Source: Bdellovibrionales bacterium RIFOXYD12_FULL_39_22
Lineage (GTDB): Bacteria; Bdellovibrionota; Bacteriovoracia; Bacteriovoracales; Bacteriovoracaceae
Reading direction: 5' to 3'
DNA: 33,532 nt
Assembly: GCA_001770205.1 (NCBI GenBank)
Contig: MEQL01000033.1
Span: 1-33,532 of the forward strand
Both the position numbers and the translations under genes were made by a program. The notes under the pieces are model-generated. The model searched no databases, was not told where the DNA came from, and saw only the letters and a program-made list of their open reading frames with translations. Each line of letters begins with the position of its first letter. Within the stretch, counting starts at the first letter, position 1. Of the stretch, positions 18,633 through 28,717 are shown in pieces.

Positions 18633-19016
18633 ATGATGACAGATCCAATTGCAGACATGTTGACAAGAATACGAAACGCCATAAAGGCCGGAGAGGAGAA
18701 AGTTGATTTCCCTGCTAGCAAAATTAAGGCCGCTATATGCAAGGTTTTAAAGGATGAAGGGTATATTCGTTCTTTTAAAATTGTGGCAAAAAGTCAAAGC
18801 GACGTTACAATCAGAGTTGCTTTAAAAGAAGGTGCGATTGTTGGCCTAAAGAGAGTTTCAACTCCGGGATTGCGCCAGTATCGCGGCTGCGGAAAAATGC
18901 CAAGAGTTTTAAGTGGACTTGGCATTGCAATATTATCAACGTCCAAAGGAATTCTTTCTTCCCGAGATGCGAAGACAATGAAGGTTGGCGGCGAAGTACT
19001 TTGTAGTGTGTGGTAG
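18633..19016 (+). CDS. rpsH: 30S ribosomal protein S8
   Basis: TDPIADMLTRIRNA, STPGLRQY, GGEVLC. Confidence 0.97.
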   Translation: MMTDPIADMLTRIRNAIKAGEEKVDFPASKIKAAICKVLKDEGYIRSFKIVAKSQSDVTIRVALKEGAIVGLKRVSTPGLRQYRGCGKMPRVLSGLGIAILSTSKGILSSRDAKTMKVGGEVLCSVW

Positions 19017-19025
19017 GAGATATAT

Positions 19026-19565
19026 ATGTCACGGATCGGAAAAAAACCAATAGTGATTCCAGAGAAAGTTGAAGTTCAGATTACTAAAAATAGCATTTCA
19101 GTTAAGGGGCCAAAGGGGCAGTTGACTCATAACTTTTCTGATATGATTAAATTTGAAAAAAAAGATAAGACAGTAGTAATTACACCAAGTGATTCCACGA
19201 AAGAAAGCTCTGCCATGTGGGGTACTGCTCGTGCATTAATAAGTAACATGTTTGTTGGTGTGACTACGGGCTTCACTAAGGAATTGGAATTCACAGGTGT
19301 TGGGTATAAGGCCCAGGTTACCGGGGATACTCTTAATTTGAGCTTGGGATATTCTCATCAAATTGACTACAAACTTCCCCCTAAAATTACCGCAAAGGCA
19401 GATAAAAATTTAATTAGTATTACCGGAATGGATAAGGAACTGGTTGGATTTGTTGCGGCCAAAGTTCGCTCTTTTAGGCCACCAGAGCCATACAAGGGCA
19501 AAGGAATTAAATACGCTACAGAAACTATCTTAAGAAAAGCAGGAAAGGCTGGGGCTAAAAAATAG
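19026..19565 (+). CDS. rplF: 50S ribosomal protein L6
   Basis: MSRIGKKP, GVGYKA, RPPEPYKGKGI. Confidence 0.98.
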   Translation: MSRIGKKPIVIPEKVEVQITKNSISVKGPKGQLTHNFSDMIKFEKKDKTVVITPSDSTKESSAMWGTARALISNMFVGVTTGFTKELEFTGVGYKAQVTGDTLNLSLGYSHQIDYKLPPKITAKADKNLISITGMDKELVGFVAAKVRSFRPPEPYKGKGIKYATETILRKAGKAGAKK

Positions 19566-19608
19566 ATTTTAAATGAGACTGAGTGTATCAGGCTAAGAGG
19601 TTGAATAA

Positions 19609-19983
19609 ATGAGAAAGTATATTGGAAAAATTAAAGATGTATCTGAAAAAAGAAGACAACGACGAAGATTGTCAGCGAGAAAAATTTTGATTGGGACTGC
19701 AGAGCGTCCGCGCATCTGTGTTAATCGAAGCAATAAAAATATTTTTGTGCAAGTTGTTGATGATAGCACTTCAAAGACACTTTTTTCCGTACAGACATTT
19801 GGTAAAAATGCTACAGCGGAGGGTAATGGACTGGAAAGTGCCAAAAGCATTGGAGTCAAAATTGCTGAGGGGTTGAAGGGAAAAAAAATAGAACAAGCCG
19901 TGTTTGACAGATGTGGATGTCGATATACTGGAGCATTGGCGGCATTGGCAGACAGCATAAGAGGCGCAGGAATAAAAATTTAA
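19609..19983 (+). CDS. rplR: 50S ribosomal protein L18
   Basis: GTAERPR, RSNKNI, VFDR. Confidence 0.95.
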   Translation: MRKYIGKIKDVSEKRRQRRRLSARKILIGTAERPRICVNRSNKNIFVQVVDDSTSKTLFSVQTFGKNATAEGNGLESAKSIGVKIAEGLKGKKIEQAVFDRCGCRYTGALAALADSIRGAGIKI

Positions 19984-20034
19984 ATGCCAGAGTATATGAT
20001 CTGGAAAATGTATAACAGGACATAAGAGGATTTC

Positions 20035-20649
20035 ATGAGTGAAGAATCAAATGAAGTAGTTGAATCAGAAAATGGTGGAGAAACAGAAAATGCACCTGTT
20101 GCCAAAAGCGGTAAAAAGCATTTCGATTCTAAGAAATCGTTTGCGAAGAAACCGAACCCAAATCTCGATCCTGAAATGGAGGAACGGGTTGTTGCAGTCA
20201 ACCGAGTAGCAAAAGTTGTTAAAGGTGGTAGGAGATTTTCATTTTCTGCTTTGGTTGTTGTTGGCGATAAAAAAGGAAATGTTGGCTACGGACTTGGTAA
20301 AGCAAAAGAAGTTCCTGAAGCGATAAGAAAGGGCATTCAAGCTGCTCGCAAGCAGATGACGCTCGTTCCACTAGACAAGGGGACTATTCCGCATATGGTT
20401 TTCGGCAGACATGATGCTGGCTACATTCTATTCAAACCAGCAGCAGAGGGATGCGGAATAAAGGCAGCTGGTGCTTGCCGTTCTATTTTAGAATTGGCCG
20501 GAGTAAAGAACGTATTGACGAAATCATTAAGAGGAACGAATTCCCATAATGTTGTTAAAGCAACATTCGACGCACTAAGGACATTGCGATCGGCGGAATT
20601 AATTGCTGCCGCAAGAGGTAAAGACGTAAAAGGATTGCGGATTAAGTAG
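20035..20649 (+). CDS. rpsE: 30S ribosomal protein S5 with acidic N-terminal extension
   Basis: [22 protein letters not shown]. Confidence 0.97.
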   Translation: MSEESNEVVESENGGETENAPVAKSGKKHFDSKKSFAKKPNPNLDPEMEERVVAVNRVAKVVKGGRRFSFSALVVVGDKKGNVGYGLGKAKEVPEAIRKGIQAARKQMTLVPLDKGTIPHMVFGRHDAGYILFKPAAEGCGIKAAGACRSILELAGVKNVLTKSLRGTNSHNVVKATFDALRTLRSAELIAAARGKDVKGLRIK

Positions 20650-20676
20650 CTAGTAAGATTTAAGGTAAGGTGGTTT

Positions 20677-20862
20677 ATGGCAAAAAAAACGATAACAGTT
20701 AAATTAAAAAAAAGCACCAACGGGATCACAGAAAAATTAAAGGCCAATGTTCGAGGGCTGGGATTAAGAAAAATTAATAGCACCAGAACTCTGGAAAATA
20801 CTCCATGTGTTCGCGGTATGATTAAAAAAGTTATTCATCTCGTAGAGATAAATGAAAAATAA
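20677..20862 (+). CDS. rpmD: 50S ribosomal protein L30
   Basis: LGLRKIN, RGMIKKV. Confidence 0.93.
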   Translation: MAKKTITVKLKKSTNGITEKLKANVRGLGLRKINSTRTLENTPCVRGMIKKVIHLVEINEK

Positions 20863-20896
20863 TTTCACTATTGTTGAAAAATAGAATGAGGAAAAG

Positions 20897-21364
20897 ATGT
20901 TAAAGCTAAATAATTTAAAAAGTTCGCCAGGGGCAAACAGAAATACTAAAAGAATTGGCCGAGGGTTGGCCTCTGGACAAGGTAAGCAGGCAGGAAAGGG
21001 ACACAAGGGACAAAAAGCCAGGAAAAGTGGCCATGTTCGCATTGGATTTGAAGGTGGTTCAATGCCTATTTACATGCGTCTTCCTAAGAAAGGTTTTAAA
21101 AATTATCCATTTAAGGATATTTTTGCGGTAGTTAATTTCAAGCAATTGGCCGCCAATAAATTTGATGGAAACAAAGTTACTCGCGAAGCTTTGATAGCTT
21201 GTGGATTATTGAGTGGCGCAAACAAAAAACGTCCAATTAAAATTTTGGCAAACGGCAAATTGGGAGCTCCGCTTGTTTTTAGCGGCACTTTTAAATTTTC
21301 CAAGACTGCGCTAGAGCAAATAACTGCCGCCGGCGGAAAAGTTTTAAACGAAAATAATATTTAA
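20897..21364 (+). CDS. rplO: 50S ribosomal protein L15
   Basis: RIGRG, GKGHKGQKAR, GFEGG. Confidence 0.97.
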   Translation: MLKLNNLKSSPGANRNTKRIGRGLASGQGKQAGKGHKGQKARKSGHVRIGFEGGSMPIYMRLPKKGFKNYPFKDIFAVVNFKQLAANKFDGNKVTREALIACGLLSGANKKRPIKILANGKLGAPLVFSGTFKFSKTALEQITAAGGKVLNENNI

Positions 21365-21391
21365 TTTTTTTGCGCAAGGAAAGGATAGACG

Positions 21392-22699
21392 ATGACTATT
21401 GCTCATGGAAAACTCGAAGAGCTCAAAACAAAAATATTTTTTACTTTCATGCTACTTGTAGTTTTCAGGATAGCATCCCAAGTTCCTGTTCCCGGAGTAG
21501 ATGCGGTTGCCATTAAGGCATACTTTTCTGATGCGTCGGGCGGTTTTTTTGATTTAATTAATACATTTAGCGGTGGTGCATTTAAGAGATTTTCGGTTGT
21601 AGCACTTGGGATTATGCCATATATAACCACATCAATTATTTTTAGCTTGCTGGGAGAGGTCATTCCGCAGATACAAGAATTGCAAGAAGATGCAGATGGC
21701 CATAAAAAAATACAACGCTATGTTCGCTACTTTACAGTACTTCTTTGCAGTGTTCAGGGATACGGGATGGCAGCAGCTTTTGAAACATTCAAGGCACCTA
21801 GTGGCGCGCCGGTAATTCCTGACCCCGGGATGCTTTTTAGAATTAGCACGATGATCACACTAACTGCTGGTACAATGTTTTTATTATGGCTGGGAGAGCG
21901 CATTACCGAGTATGGTTTAGAAAATGGTGTTTCATTAATCATCTTTGCAGGTATTGCTGTTGCGCTTCCATCGGAAGTCGCACAGACGATAAGTTTATAT
22001 CGCAGTGGAGAGATTTTAGGAATAAAGCTTCTGATTAGTTTTGCCATGGTAATATTTACCTTTTATTTTGTTGCGTACATTGAGAGTGCATTTAGGGCGA
22101 TTCCTGTTCAATATGCAAAAAAGGTAGTTCACAACAGAGTGTACGGCGGAACTCAGACATTGCCAGTTCGAGTTGATACTGCGGGGGTAATGCCGCCGAT
22201 TTTAGCATCATCTCTGTTGGCCGCCCCTGCGACATTTACACATTTTATCTCTCCAACAAATCCACTCAAGCCATATCTCGATACTATCCAACAATCACTA
22301 TATCCTGGGCAATTATTATTCAATCTCCTGTTTGCCGGCCTCATCGTATATATGACATATTTTTATGCACCTATTCAGTTTAAAACCAAGAAAATAACTG
22401 AAATGCTGCAAAAAAATAACGCCTTTGTTCCGGGAATTCGGCCAGGTTCTAAAACAAAAGAATATTTAGATTTTATTCTTTTTCGAGTTTCATTTTTTGG
22501 TGCTATTTTCTTAGTAATTGTTTGTATAGTTCCTACTTTTGCAATGGATCACCAGACTAGATTTGGTGGAACTTCCATGTTAATTCTCGTCAGCGTTGCC
22601 ATAAGAGTAATGATGAATGTCCAATCATTTTTATATGCTGATCGCTATTCTTCTGCTTATAAGTCTCGTGGTAAATATTCAGGAAGTAGAAGGTTTTGA
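21392..22699 (+). CDS. secY: Preprotein translocase subunit SecY
   Basis: ALGIMPYIT, WLGERITEYG, NGVSLIIFAGI, PGIRPG, FGGTS; multiple TM segments. Confidence 0.98.
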   Translation: MTIAHGKLEELKTKIFFTFMLLVVFRIASQVPVPGVDAVAIKAYFSDASGGFFDLINTFSGGAFKRFSVVALGIMPYITTSIIFSLLGEVIPQIQELQEDADGHKKIQRYVRYFTVLLCSVQGYGMAAAFETFKAPSGAPVIPDPGMLFRISTMITLTAGTMFLLWLGERITEYGLENGVSLIIFAGIAVALPSEVAQTISLYRSGEILGIKLLISFAMVIFTFYFVAYIESAFRAIPVQYAKKVVHNRVYGGTQTLPVRVDTAGVMPPILASSLLAAPATFTHFISPTNPLKPYLDTIQQSLYPGQLLFNLLFAGLIVYMTYFYAPIQFKTKKITEMLQKNNAFVPGIRPGSKTKEYLDFILFRVSFFGAIFLVIVCIVPTFAMDHQTRFGGTSMLILVSVAIRVMMNVQSFLYADRYSSAYKSRGKYSGSRRF

Positions 22700-23343
22700 T
22701 GAATCCTCATATAATTTTATTAGGTGCTCCTGGTTCGGGTAAAGGAACTCAAGCAGTAAAGATGGTTGAAGACTACGGCTTTTTACATGTTTCTACTGGC
22801 GAATTATTGCGTACCGAAGTAAAAAAAGGATCCTCTTTAGGCAAGGCAATTCAAAAAACAATTGAAACGGGCAAGTTGGTTGACAATCCAACGATGCTGG
22901 AACTGCTTAATGCTAATTGCGACTTTAATAAAAGCAGTTATATTTTAGATGGCTATCCAAGAAATATTGATCAAGTTAAAGCACTAAATCAACTTGATCT
23001 GGTTAAGCATAAATTTTACGCTCTCTACTTTGACGTAAACATGGATGCTTTGCAAAAAAGGATTGTAAACCGCAGAAGCTGTAAAAAATGCAGCAGAATT
23101 TTTAATTTAGCGTTCGACCCGCCAAAGCATAGCTCTGTTTGTGATAGCTGTGGCGGAGAACTAATACAGCGAAGCGATGATACCGAGGAAGTAGTAAAAA
23201 AGCGAATGACTGTCTATAACTCTACAATTACTCCGGTGTTGGATTATTATAGAGGTAGGAAGGTTTTGATTGAAGTAAACGCATCAAAAACGCCGAATGA
23301 AGTTTATGCAGAACTAAAAGAGAAGTTAAAAATGATATTATAA
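22699..23343 (+). CDS. adk: Adenylate kinase with zinc-binding LID
   Basis: GAPGSGKGTQ, LDGYPR, CKKC...CDSC, RSDD; TGATG overlap with secY. Confidence 0.97.
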   Translation: MNPHIILLGAPGSGKGTQAVKMVEDYGFLHVSTGELLRTEVKKGSSLGKAIQKTIETGKLVDNPTMLELLNANCDFNKSSYILDGYPRNIDQVKALNQLDLVKHKFYALYFDVNMDALQKRIVNRRSCKKCSRIFNLAFDPPKHSSVCDSCGGELIQRSDDTEEVVKKRMTVYNSTITPVLDYYRGRKVLIEVNASKTPNEVYAELKEKLKMIL

Positions 23344-23418
23344 TCAGTGTTTTTTTAGTTTGCACTTGCACAAATGTGCAAGGTTAATATATACACACTA
23401 ACGTTGGAAAAAAAATAG

Positions 23419-23640
23419 ATGGCAAATGACGAAGTAATAGAGGTTGAGGGCGAAGTTACGGAACTTTTACCGAATACAAAATTTAGAGTCAAGTTGCCAA
23501 ATGGACATAAGATTATTGCTCATATCAGCGGTAAAATGAGAATGCACTTTATCAAAATTTTACCAGGGGATAAGGTTCTTGTAGAAGTTAGTAGATATGA
23601 CTTAACGAAAGGTAGAATAGTATATAGAAGCAAGGGCTGA
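23419..23640 (+). CDS. infA: Translation initiation factor IF-1
   Basis: [23 protein letters not shown]. Confidence 0.98.
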   Translation: MANDEVIEVEGEVTELLPNTKFRVKLPNGHKIIAHISGKMRMHFIKILPGDKVLVEVSRYDLTKGRIVYRSKG

Positions 23641-23683
23641 TTTATTTGTTGATTGGCCATAAACAAGGTTAAAGGGTAGGAAA

Positions 23684-23800
23684 ATGAAAGTTAGATCATC
23701 AGTGAAAGGGATATGCAAGGATTGCAAAGTCATCAAGAGAAAAGGCGTTTTAAGAGTTGTTTGCAAAAAAAATCCAAAACATAAGCAGAGACAAGGTTAG
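23684..23800 (+). CDS. rpmJ: 50S ribosomal protein L36 (absent from the ORF track)
   Basis: Hand translation [38 protein letters not shown], zinc-ribbon form. Confidence 0.97.
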   Translation: MKVRSSVKGICKDCKVIKRKGVLRVVCKKNPKHKQRQG

Positions 23801-23812
23801 TAGGAGAAAAAA

Positions 23813-24196
23813 ATGGCACGAATACTTGGAGTTGACATACCTAGAGATAAAGCAATGGTGGTTGCGCTACAATCACTTTATGGCGTGGGCCCGACAACCG
23901 CAAAGGATGTTCTTTCAGAGGCCAAAATAGCGAATGATAAAAATTCAAACGATATAACGGAAGAAGAAATTCAAATAATCAGAAAAATCATTGAAGACAA
24001 TTATACTGTCGAAGGTGATTTACGGCGAGAGATTGGACTTAATATTAAACGACTAAAGGACGTAGGCTGCTACAGAGGGGCACGTCACAGAAAAGGATTG
24101 CCTGTTAGGGGACAAAGAACCCATACCAACGCGAGAACAAGAAAAGGCAAAGCCGTAGCTATCGCTGGTAAAAAATCTGTTAAGCAATTGAAGTAA
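23813..24196 (+). CDS. rpsM: 30S ribosomal protein S13
   Basis: [31 protein letters not shown]. Confidence 0.98.
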   Translation: MARILGVDIPRDKAMVVALQSLYGVGPTTAKDVLSEAKIANDKNSNDITEEEIQIIRKIIEDNYTVEGDLRREIGLNIKRLKDVGCYRGARHRKGLPVRGQRTHTNARTRKGKAVAIAGKKSVKQLK

Positions 24197-24232
24197 TATT
24201 AATCGGTTAATAAAAAATATTAGGGAAGTTAT

Positions 24233-24619
24233 ATGGTAGTAAAGAAAGTCGCAAAGAAAAAGGTTAAAAAAAATGTATCTCATGGAGTATGCCATGTACA
24301 AGCTTCTTTTAACAATACGATTGTTACCTTCACTGATACTAGTGGTAATGCACTGGCCTGGAGCAGTGCTGGCCAGTTGGGATTCCGTGGTTCAAAAAAA
24401 TCAACTCCTTTTGCTGCACAAACTGCTTCGCTTGAAGCTGCAAAAAAGGCAGTTGAGCATGGACTCAGCAGTGTAGAAGTTAGAGTTACAGGCCCCGGTG
24501 CCGGTAGAGAAAATGCTGTCAGAGCATTGGTTGGAGCAGGACTTAGAATTACATCTGTTTCTGATAAAAGTCATATTCCTCATAACGGATGCCGAGCACC
24601 AAAAAGAAGAAGGGTATAA
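24233..24619 (+). CDS. rpsK: 30S ribosomal protein S11
   Basis: [27 protein letters not shown]. Confidence 0.98.
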   Translation: MVVKKVAKKKVKKNVSHGVCHVQASFNNTIVTFTDTSGNALAWSSAGQLGFRGSKKSTPFAAQTASLEAAKKAVEHGLSSVEVRVTGPGAGRENAVRALVGAGLRITSVSDKSHIPHNGCRAPKRRRV

Positions 24620-24670
24620 GCGAAATTAAATTGTTCATATAATTAATATCAAAACTAGAGGAGGAAGAAC

Positions 24671-25297
24671 ATGTCCAGACACATCGGTTCTGTTTGTAAA
24701 CTCTGTAGACGCGAAAGTGAGAAACTTTTCCTGAAAGGATCTCGTTGCTATACAGATAAATGTGCGATTGAAAGAAGAGGTTATCCACCCGGCCAACATG
24801 GCCAGAGGCGAGCTAAAATTTCAGATTTTGGCGTTCAGCTTCGCGAAAAGCAAAAATTAAAAAGACTGTATGGTATTCAAGAGCGGCCAATGCGAAATGT
24901 TTTCCAGCTTGCTACGCGCATGAAAGGTATTACAGGTGAAAATTTATTGGCTCTAATAGAAAGAAGATTGGATAATGTTGTTTACCGTATCGGATTTGCC
25001 TCCTCTCGAAAAGAGGCTCGGCAATTGGTCAAGCATAAACACTTTACTATTAATGGCAAGAAGGCAAATGTTCCATCAATGAAAGTCGACAAGGGTGATA
25101 TCATTGAATTGGTTAAAGGCTCAAGAGAGTCCGCTAAGTTGGTTGGTGCGCTTGAGGCCAATGCAATGAGAGAAGTTCCTGCTTGGATTGAAGTTGATAA
25201 ACATAATTTTAAAGGGATTATTAGAGACCTACCAAAACGCGATGATATTACCTCGAAGATTGAGGAGCGATTGGTTGTTGAGTTGTACGGTAAGTAA
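24671..25297 (+). CDS. rpsD: 30S ribosomal protein S4 (Cys-containing type)
   Basis: CKLCRRE, PPGQHG, QLREKQK, ERRLDNVVYR. Confidence 0.98.
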   Translation: MSRHIGSVCKLCRRESEKLFLKGSRCYTDKCAIERRGYPPGQHGQRRAKISDFGVQLREKQKLKRLYGIQERPMRNVFQLATRMKGITGENLLALIERRLDNVVYRIGFASSRKEARQLVKHKHFTINGKKANVPSMKVDKGDIIELVKGSRESAKLVGALEANAMREVPAWIEVDKHNFKGIIRDLPKRDDITSKIEERLVVELYGK

Positions 25298-25370
25298 TCG
25301 TCTGAAATGCAGACAATACGTTGATTACTGAAATACTATTCCTAATAAAATTTTTGTTAAGGAGATTTAA

Positions 25371-26420
25371 ATGGACGCATATGTAGCAAAAAATTGGACA
25401 GGCATGATTCGGCCAGTGGCACTTGAGGTTGATAGTGATAATTATAAAACTAATTACGGTAAATTTGTTGCTAAGCCACTAGAGCGTGGCTACGGACAGA
25501 CGCTTGGAAACTCTCTCCGAAGAGTATTGCTTTCATCACTTCAGGGGGCAGGTATCGTTGCAATAAAAATTCAGGGCGTTGACCATGAATTTGGCACCAT
25601 TAATAACGTCAAAGAAGAGGTTTCAGAAATTATTCTTAACCTTAAAGAAGTTCGATTTAAGATTAAGGGAACTGAGGATGTGGTTTTATTTTTAGAGAAA
25701 AACAGCGAAGGTGTTGTTAAGGCCGGAGATATTAGCGAAAATGCTAATGTTCAGGTTTTGAATCCGGAGCATGTTATTTGTAACATTTCCTCTGGTGGCT
25801 CTATCAGCATGGAGTTGAAAATTGCTAGAGGCAAAGGATACGTCTCTGCTAGCGACAATAAAGATACTTTTGAATTGCCAATTGGCTGGATTTATATCGA
25901 TACATTGTTTTCTCCTGTTTCCAGGGTTAATTTTTCTGTTACTAACAGTCGTGTCGGGAAGAGAACGGATTATGACAAGTTGACAATGGAAATTTGGACT
26001 AACGCAGGAATTGATCCGCGTGATGCAATTGCTTTTTCTGCAAAAATTTTGCGTGATCAATTTGCAGTATTCTTGAGTTTTGAGGACGAAGATCAAGTTG
26101 CCAGGACCGATAGTCGGCCGACCCAATCAAGTTCACCCGCCAACAATGCTCTAATGAAGCCAGTTTCTGAGTTAGAGCTTTCGGTGCGATCTGCCAACTG
26201 TTTACAAAATGCCAATATTAAGTACATTTATGAGTTGGTATCTAAAACAGAAGGCGAGATGTTGAGGACCAAAAATTTTGGCCGAAAATCATTAAATGAG
26301 ATCAAAGAAATACTAACGGGAATGGGCCTTGGGCTTGGAATGAAAGTAGACGGGCTAATTAAAGAAATTAAAGAATCGCAGGAGAAGGAACTGCAGGCGT
26401 CAACTACCCACGGCCAATAA
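25371..26420 (+). CDS. rpoA: RNA polymerase alpha subunit
   Basis: [40 protein letters not shown]. Confidence 0.99.
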   Translation: MDAYVAKNWTGMIRPVALEVDSDNYKTNYGKFVAKPLERGYGQTLGNSLRRVLLSSLQGAGIVAIKIQGVDHEFGTINNVKEEVSEIILNLKEVRFKIKGTEDVVLFLEKNSEGVVKAGDISENANVQVLNPEHVICNISSGGSISMELKIARGKGYVSASDNKDTFELPIGWIYIDTLFSPVSRVNFSVTNSRVGKRTDYDKLTMEIWTNAGIDPRDAIAFSAKILRDQFAVFLSFEDEDQVARTDSRPTQSSSPANNALMKPVSELELSVRSANCLQNANIKYIYELVSKTEGEMLRTKNFGRKSLNEIKEILTGMGLGLGMKVDGLIKEIKESQEKELQASTTHGQ

Positions 26421-26456
26421 AGCAAGGGGAGTGATTCCGAGCATAGGAGATAAGTT

Positions 26457-26810
26457 ATGAGACATCAAAATTATAAGTACAATATTGGATCATCACCGGC
26501 ACATAGAAAAGCTCTGCTTCGAAATTTAGCGGCGGAGATTATTGATCATGGGAAAATAAAAACCACTCACGCCAAGTGTAAGGCAGTAAGAGTTTTTCTT
26601 GAAAGACTTATTACTATCGCCAAGAATGATACTTTGGCCAATAGGCGGCTTGCGCTAAAAAAATTGCACAGCAAAAATGCTGTTCATAAACTTTTTGCAG
26701 AAGTAGCTCCAAAATATAAGGAGCGCGCAGGTGGCTATACAAGAGTGTTGCAGATTGCTGATGGAAGAGTTGGTGACAACTCACAGATGAGTTCTATTTC
26801 GTTGGTATAG
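26457..26810 (+). CDS. rplQ: 50S ribosomal protein L17
   Basis: [28 protein letters not shown]. Confidence 0.97.
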   Translation: MRHQNYKYNIGSSPAHRKALLRNLAAEIIDHGKIKTTHAKCKAVRVFLERLITIAKNDTLANRRLALKKLHSKNAVHKLFAEVAPKYKERAGGYTRVLQIADGRVGDNSQMSSISLV

Positions 26811-26839
26811 TAGAGATTGCCAAAAGGCACAAGAATATC

Positions 26840-27409
26840 ATGAAATTAGTGGCCATATATAAGCTGATTGCGTTATGTGCGATCAGCTTTTCAGTTTTTT
26901 TCTATGCGGATTATAAGAAAGGGATTAACGAGCAACTAAATAACCCGGCCGCTAGATTTATTTTACAGAAAATGCCAGCATTCACACTTAATGTTCTTAA
27001 TGGCACATATGCTTTTGATGGTAAACAAGAGATAGTTAGCAGTGATACAATTTTAAATGGAACATCCCAAACACTGTTTATACATTTCTGGGCAACATGG
27101 TGTGCTCCTTGTTTGGATGAAATGCCGAGTTTATTGAAATATGCAAAATCAGTAGAGGAATCTAAAAAAATGTTTTTACTGGTGGCGGCACAGAATGAAC
27201 GGATTGAGGTTTTAAAATTTATAAAAAAAATCAATATTGAGATTCCTAAAAATGTTATAATTGCCAGCGATAACGAAGGTGACGTTATGCTCAAATTTGG
27301 TACGGTGAAAGTGCCTGAAACCTATGTTTTTGATCAAAATGGACAGATTATGCACAAAATGATTGGACAACAAGAGTGGTCAGATAATTCATTTGTAAGC
27401 AGATTTTAA
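26840..27409 (+). CDS. TlpA/ResA-family thiol-disulfide oxidoreductase
   Basis: N-terminal TM anchor, FWATWCAPC, VPETYVFD. Confidence 0.9.
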   Translation: MKLVAIYKLIALCAISFSVFFYADYKKGINEQLNNPAARFILQKMPAFTLNVLNGTYAFDGKQEIVSSDTILNGTSQTLFIHFWATWCAPCLDEMPSLLKYAKSVEESKKMFLLVAAQNERIEVLKFIKKINIEIPKNVIIASDNEGDVMLKFGTVKVPETYVFDQNGQIMHKMIGQQEWSDNSFVSRF

Positions 27410-27553
27410 TTTTTGATATAAAAATTTGAAATTATATTTTTTTACTCCGACAATTTCAGTCTACAATTAATTCGTATTTTTGAATTTTTAATTTAAATTA
27501 TAGTTTTCTTAATAAAAAATTTCAGTGATTCCGAGAAGGTAACAACAAAATAA

Positions 27554-28717
27554 ATGAGGAGTCAGATGGAACGAGATCGTCAGGAGAATGCAAAGTTTTT
27601 AGGAGACTTTGATGAGTTATTTGATATCAAAAATTCCACGGAGGAGTTGGCCCTTGTGGAGAACTTGGCAGTAACACCGGCCGAAGTTTATCCAATTTCG
27701 ATTGAAAGCGTTATGGAGATGATATTTACCCCTGGAGAAATTTATTGGAAAAAGAAAAGCGGTAAGCTGATTAAGGTTTTGAGGGCCGGAGAGGCGGTGG
27801 ATGTTAAGGCCGTGACAAAGTTTAAAGAGCGAAAAATGGATTTGGCCATCAAATGGATGTCCAGTACGGAAATGGTAGATTTAGTGAGTGGCCATTTTGA
27901 GCAATTAAAAAATGCAATAAATGAATTGGAGAGAGTTGAATTAAGAAAAAAAATATTGGAGTGGTTCAAAGAAAGTTATTGGAGAGCGGACAAGAAGGCC
28001 AATTTTTTAGACCTGACGCAAATTGGTGAAAAGGTTTTTTATACGTTTAACGAAGAGATGTCAGAAATATTGAAAGGAACAAGTCAAATGATCTTTGAGC
28101 GTGCCGCTCTGGTGGGGACAATTGGCGTTTTTTCGGCCTTGGCACTTGGACACACAGATTTTAAAACGCTTCAGGACATATATGGATTGTGCTATTTATT
28201 TGATTTTGCTTTTGATAAGAATTCATACAGTTTCAACCTTAATAAGGCCACAGAGCTTGAACGGGCGGCCCCGGGAGATGGGGTGGCATTTTTGATTGTT
28301 GGAGAGGATACTGGGCCAGAGCTCGGGCCTTTTATGCAACACACCTTTAGAGGTGCTAGATTGGCCAGGGAGCGGTGTGGAAAATTTTTTCATAGTGAGG
28401 GAATTTTAAAAAACATAACAATTCATCATGAACGAATTAATGGCAATGGATTTCCGTTAAGAATAAATGAAGATGAGATGTCAGATGTGGAAGAATTAAT
28501 AATATTTCTAAATAGCGTAATTCCATATCGTTGCTTTAATTATGAGCTAAATGATGCAAAAGGGTTTTTTAAAAAAATTGTTTATGAGAGCGAAGTTTTT
28601 GGATTGAATGAGTCTATAACAAAAAGATTTAAAAAAATGATTATAAAAGTGATGGAGGGCATAGGTGCTGAAGAAAACCCATCTCCTATTCCTTCAATTG
28701 TGGAAGCAACTAAATGA
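27554..28717 (+). CDS. Degenerate HD-GYP domain protein
   Basis: HHERINGNGFP matches HHExxDGxGYP; the HD position reads YLFDF; alternative start 27566 has a GAGGAG SD. Confidence 0.75.
   Translation: MRSQMERDRQENAKFLGDFDELFDIKNSTEELALVENLAVTPAEVYPISIESVMEMIFTPGEIYWKKKSGKLIKVLRAGEAVDVKAVTKFKERKMDLAIKWMSSTEMVDLVSGHFEQLKNAINELERVELRKKILEWFKESYWRADKKANFLDLTQIGEKVFYTFNEEMSEILKGTSQMIFERAALVGTIGVFSALALGHTDFKTLQDIYGLCYLFDFAFDKNSYSFNLNKATELERAAPGDGVAFLIVGEDTGPELGPFMQHTFRGARLARERCGKFFHSEGILKNITIHHERINGNGFPLRINEDEMSDVEELIIFLNSVIPYRCFNYELNDAKGFFKKIVYESEVFGLNESITKRFKKMIIKVMEGIGAEENPSPIPSIVEATK

Noticed and set aside
26430..27535. Identical 12-mer AGTGATTCCGAG upstream of rplQ (26430) and the HD-GYP gene (27524); also weak sigma28-like TCCGAGAA
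   Set aside because: A single 12-bp match is compatible with chance in 33 kb, and the sigma28 -35 spacing fits poorly
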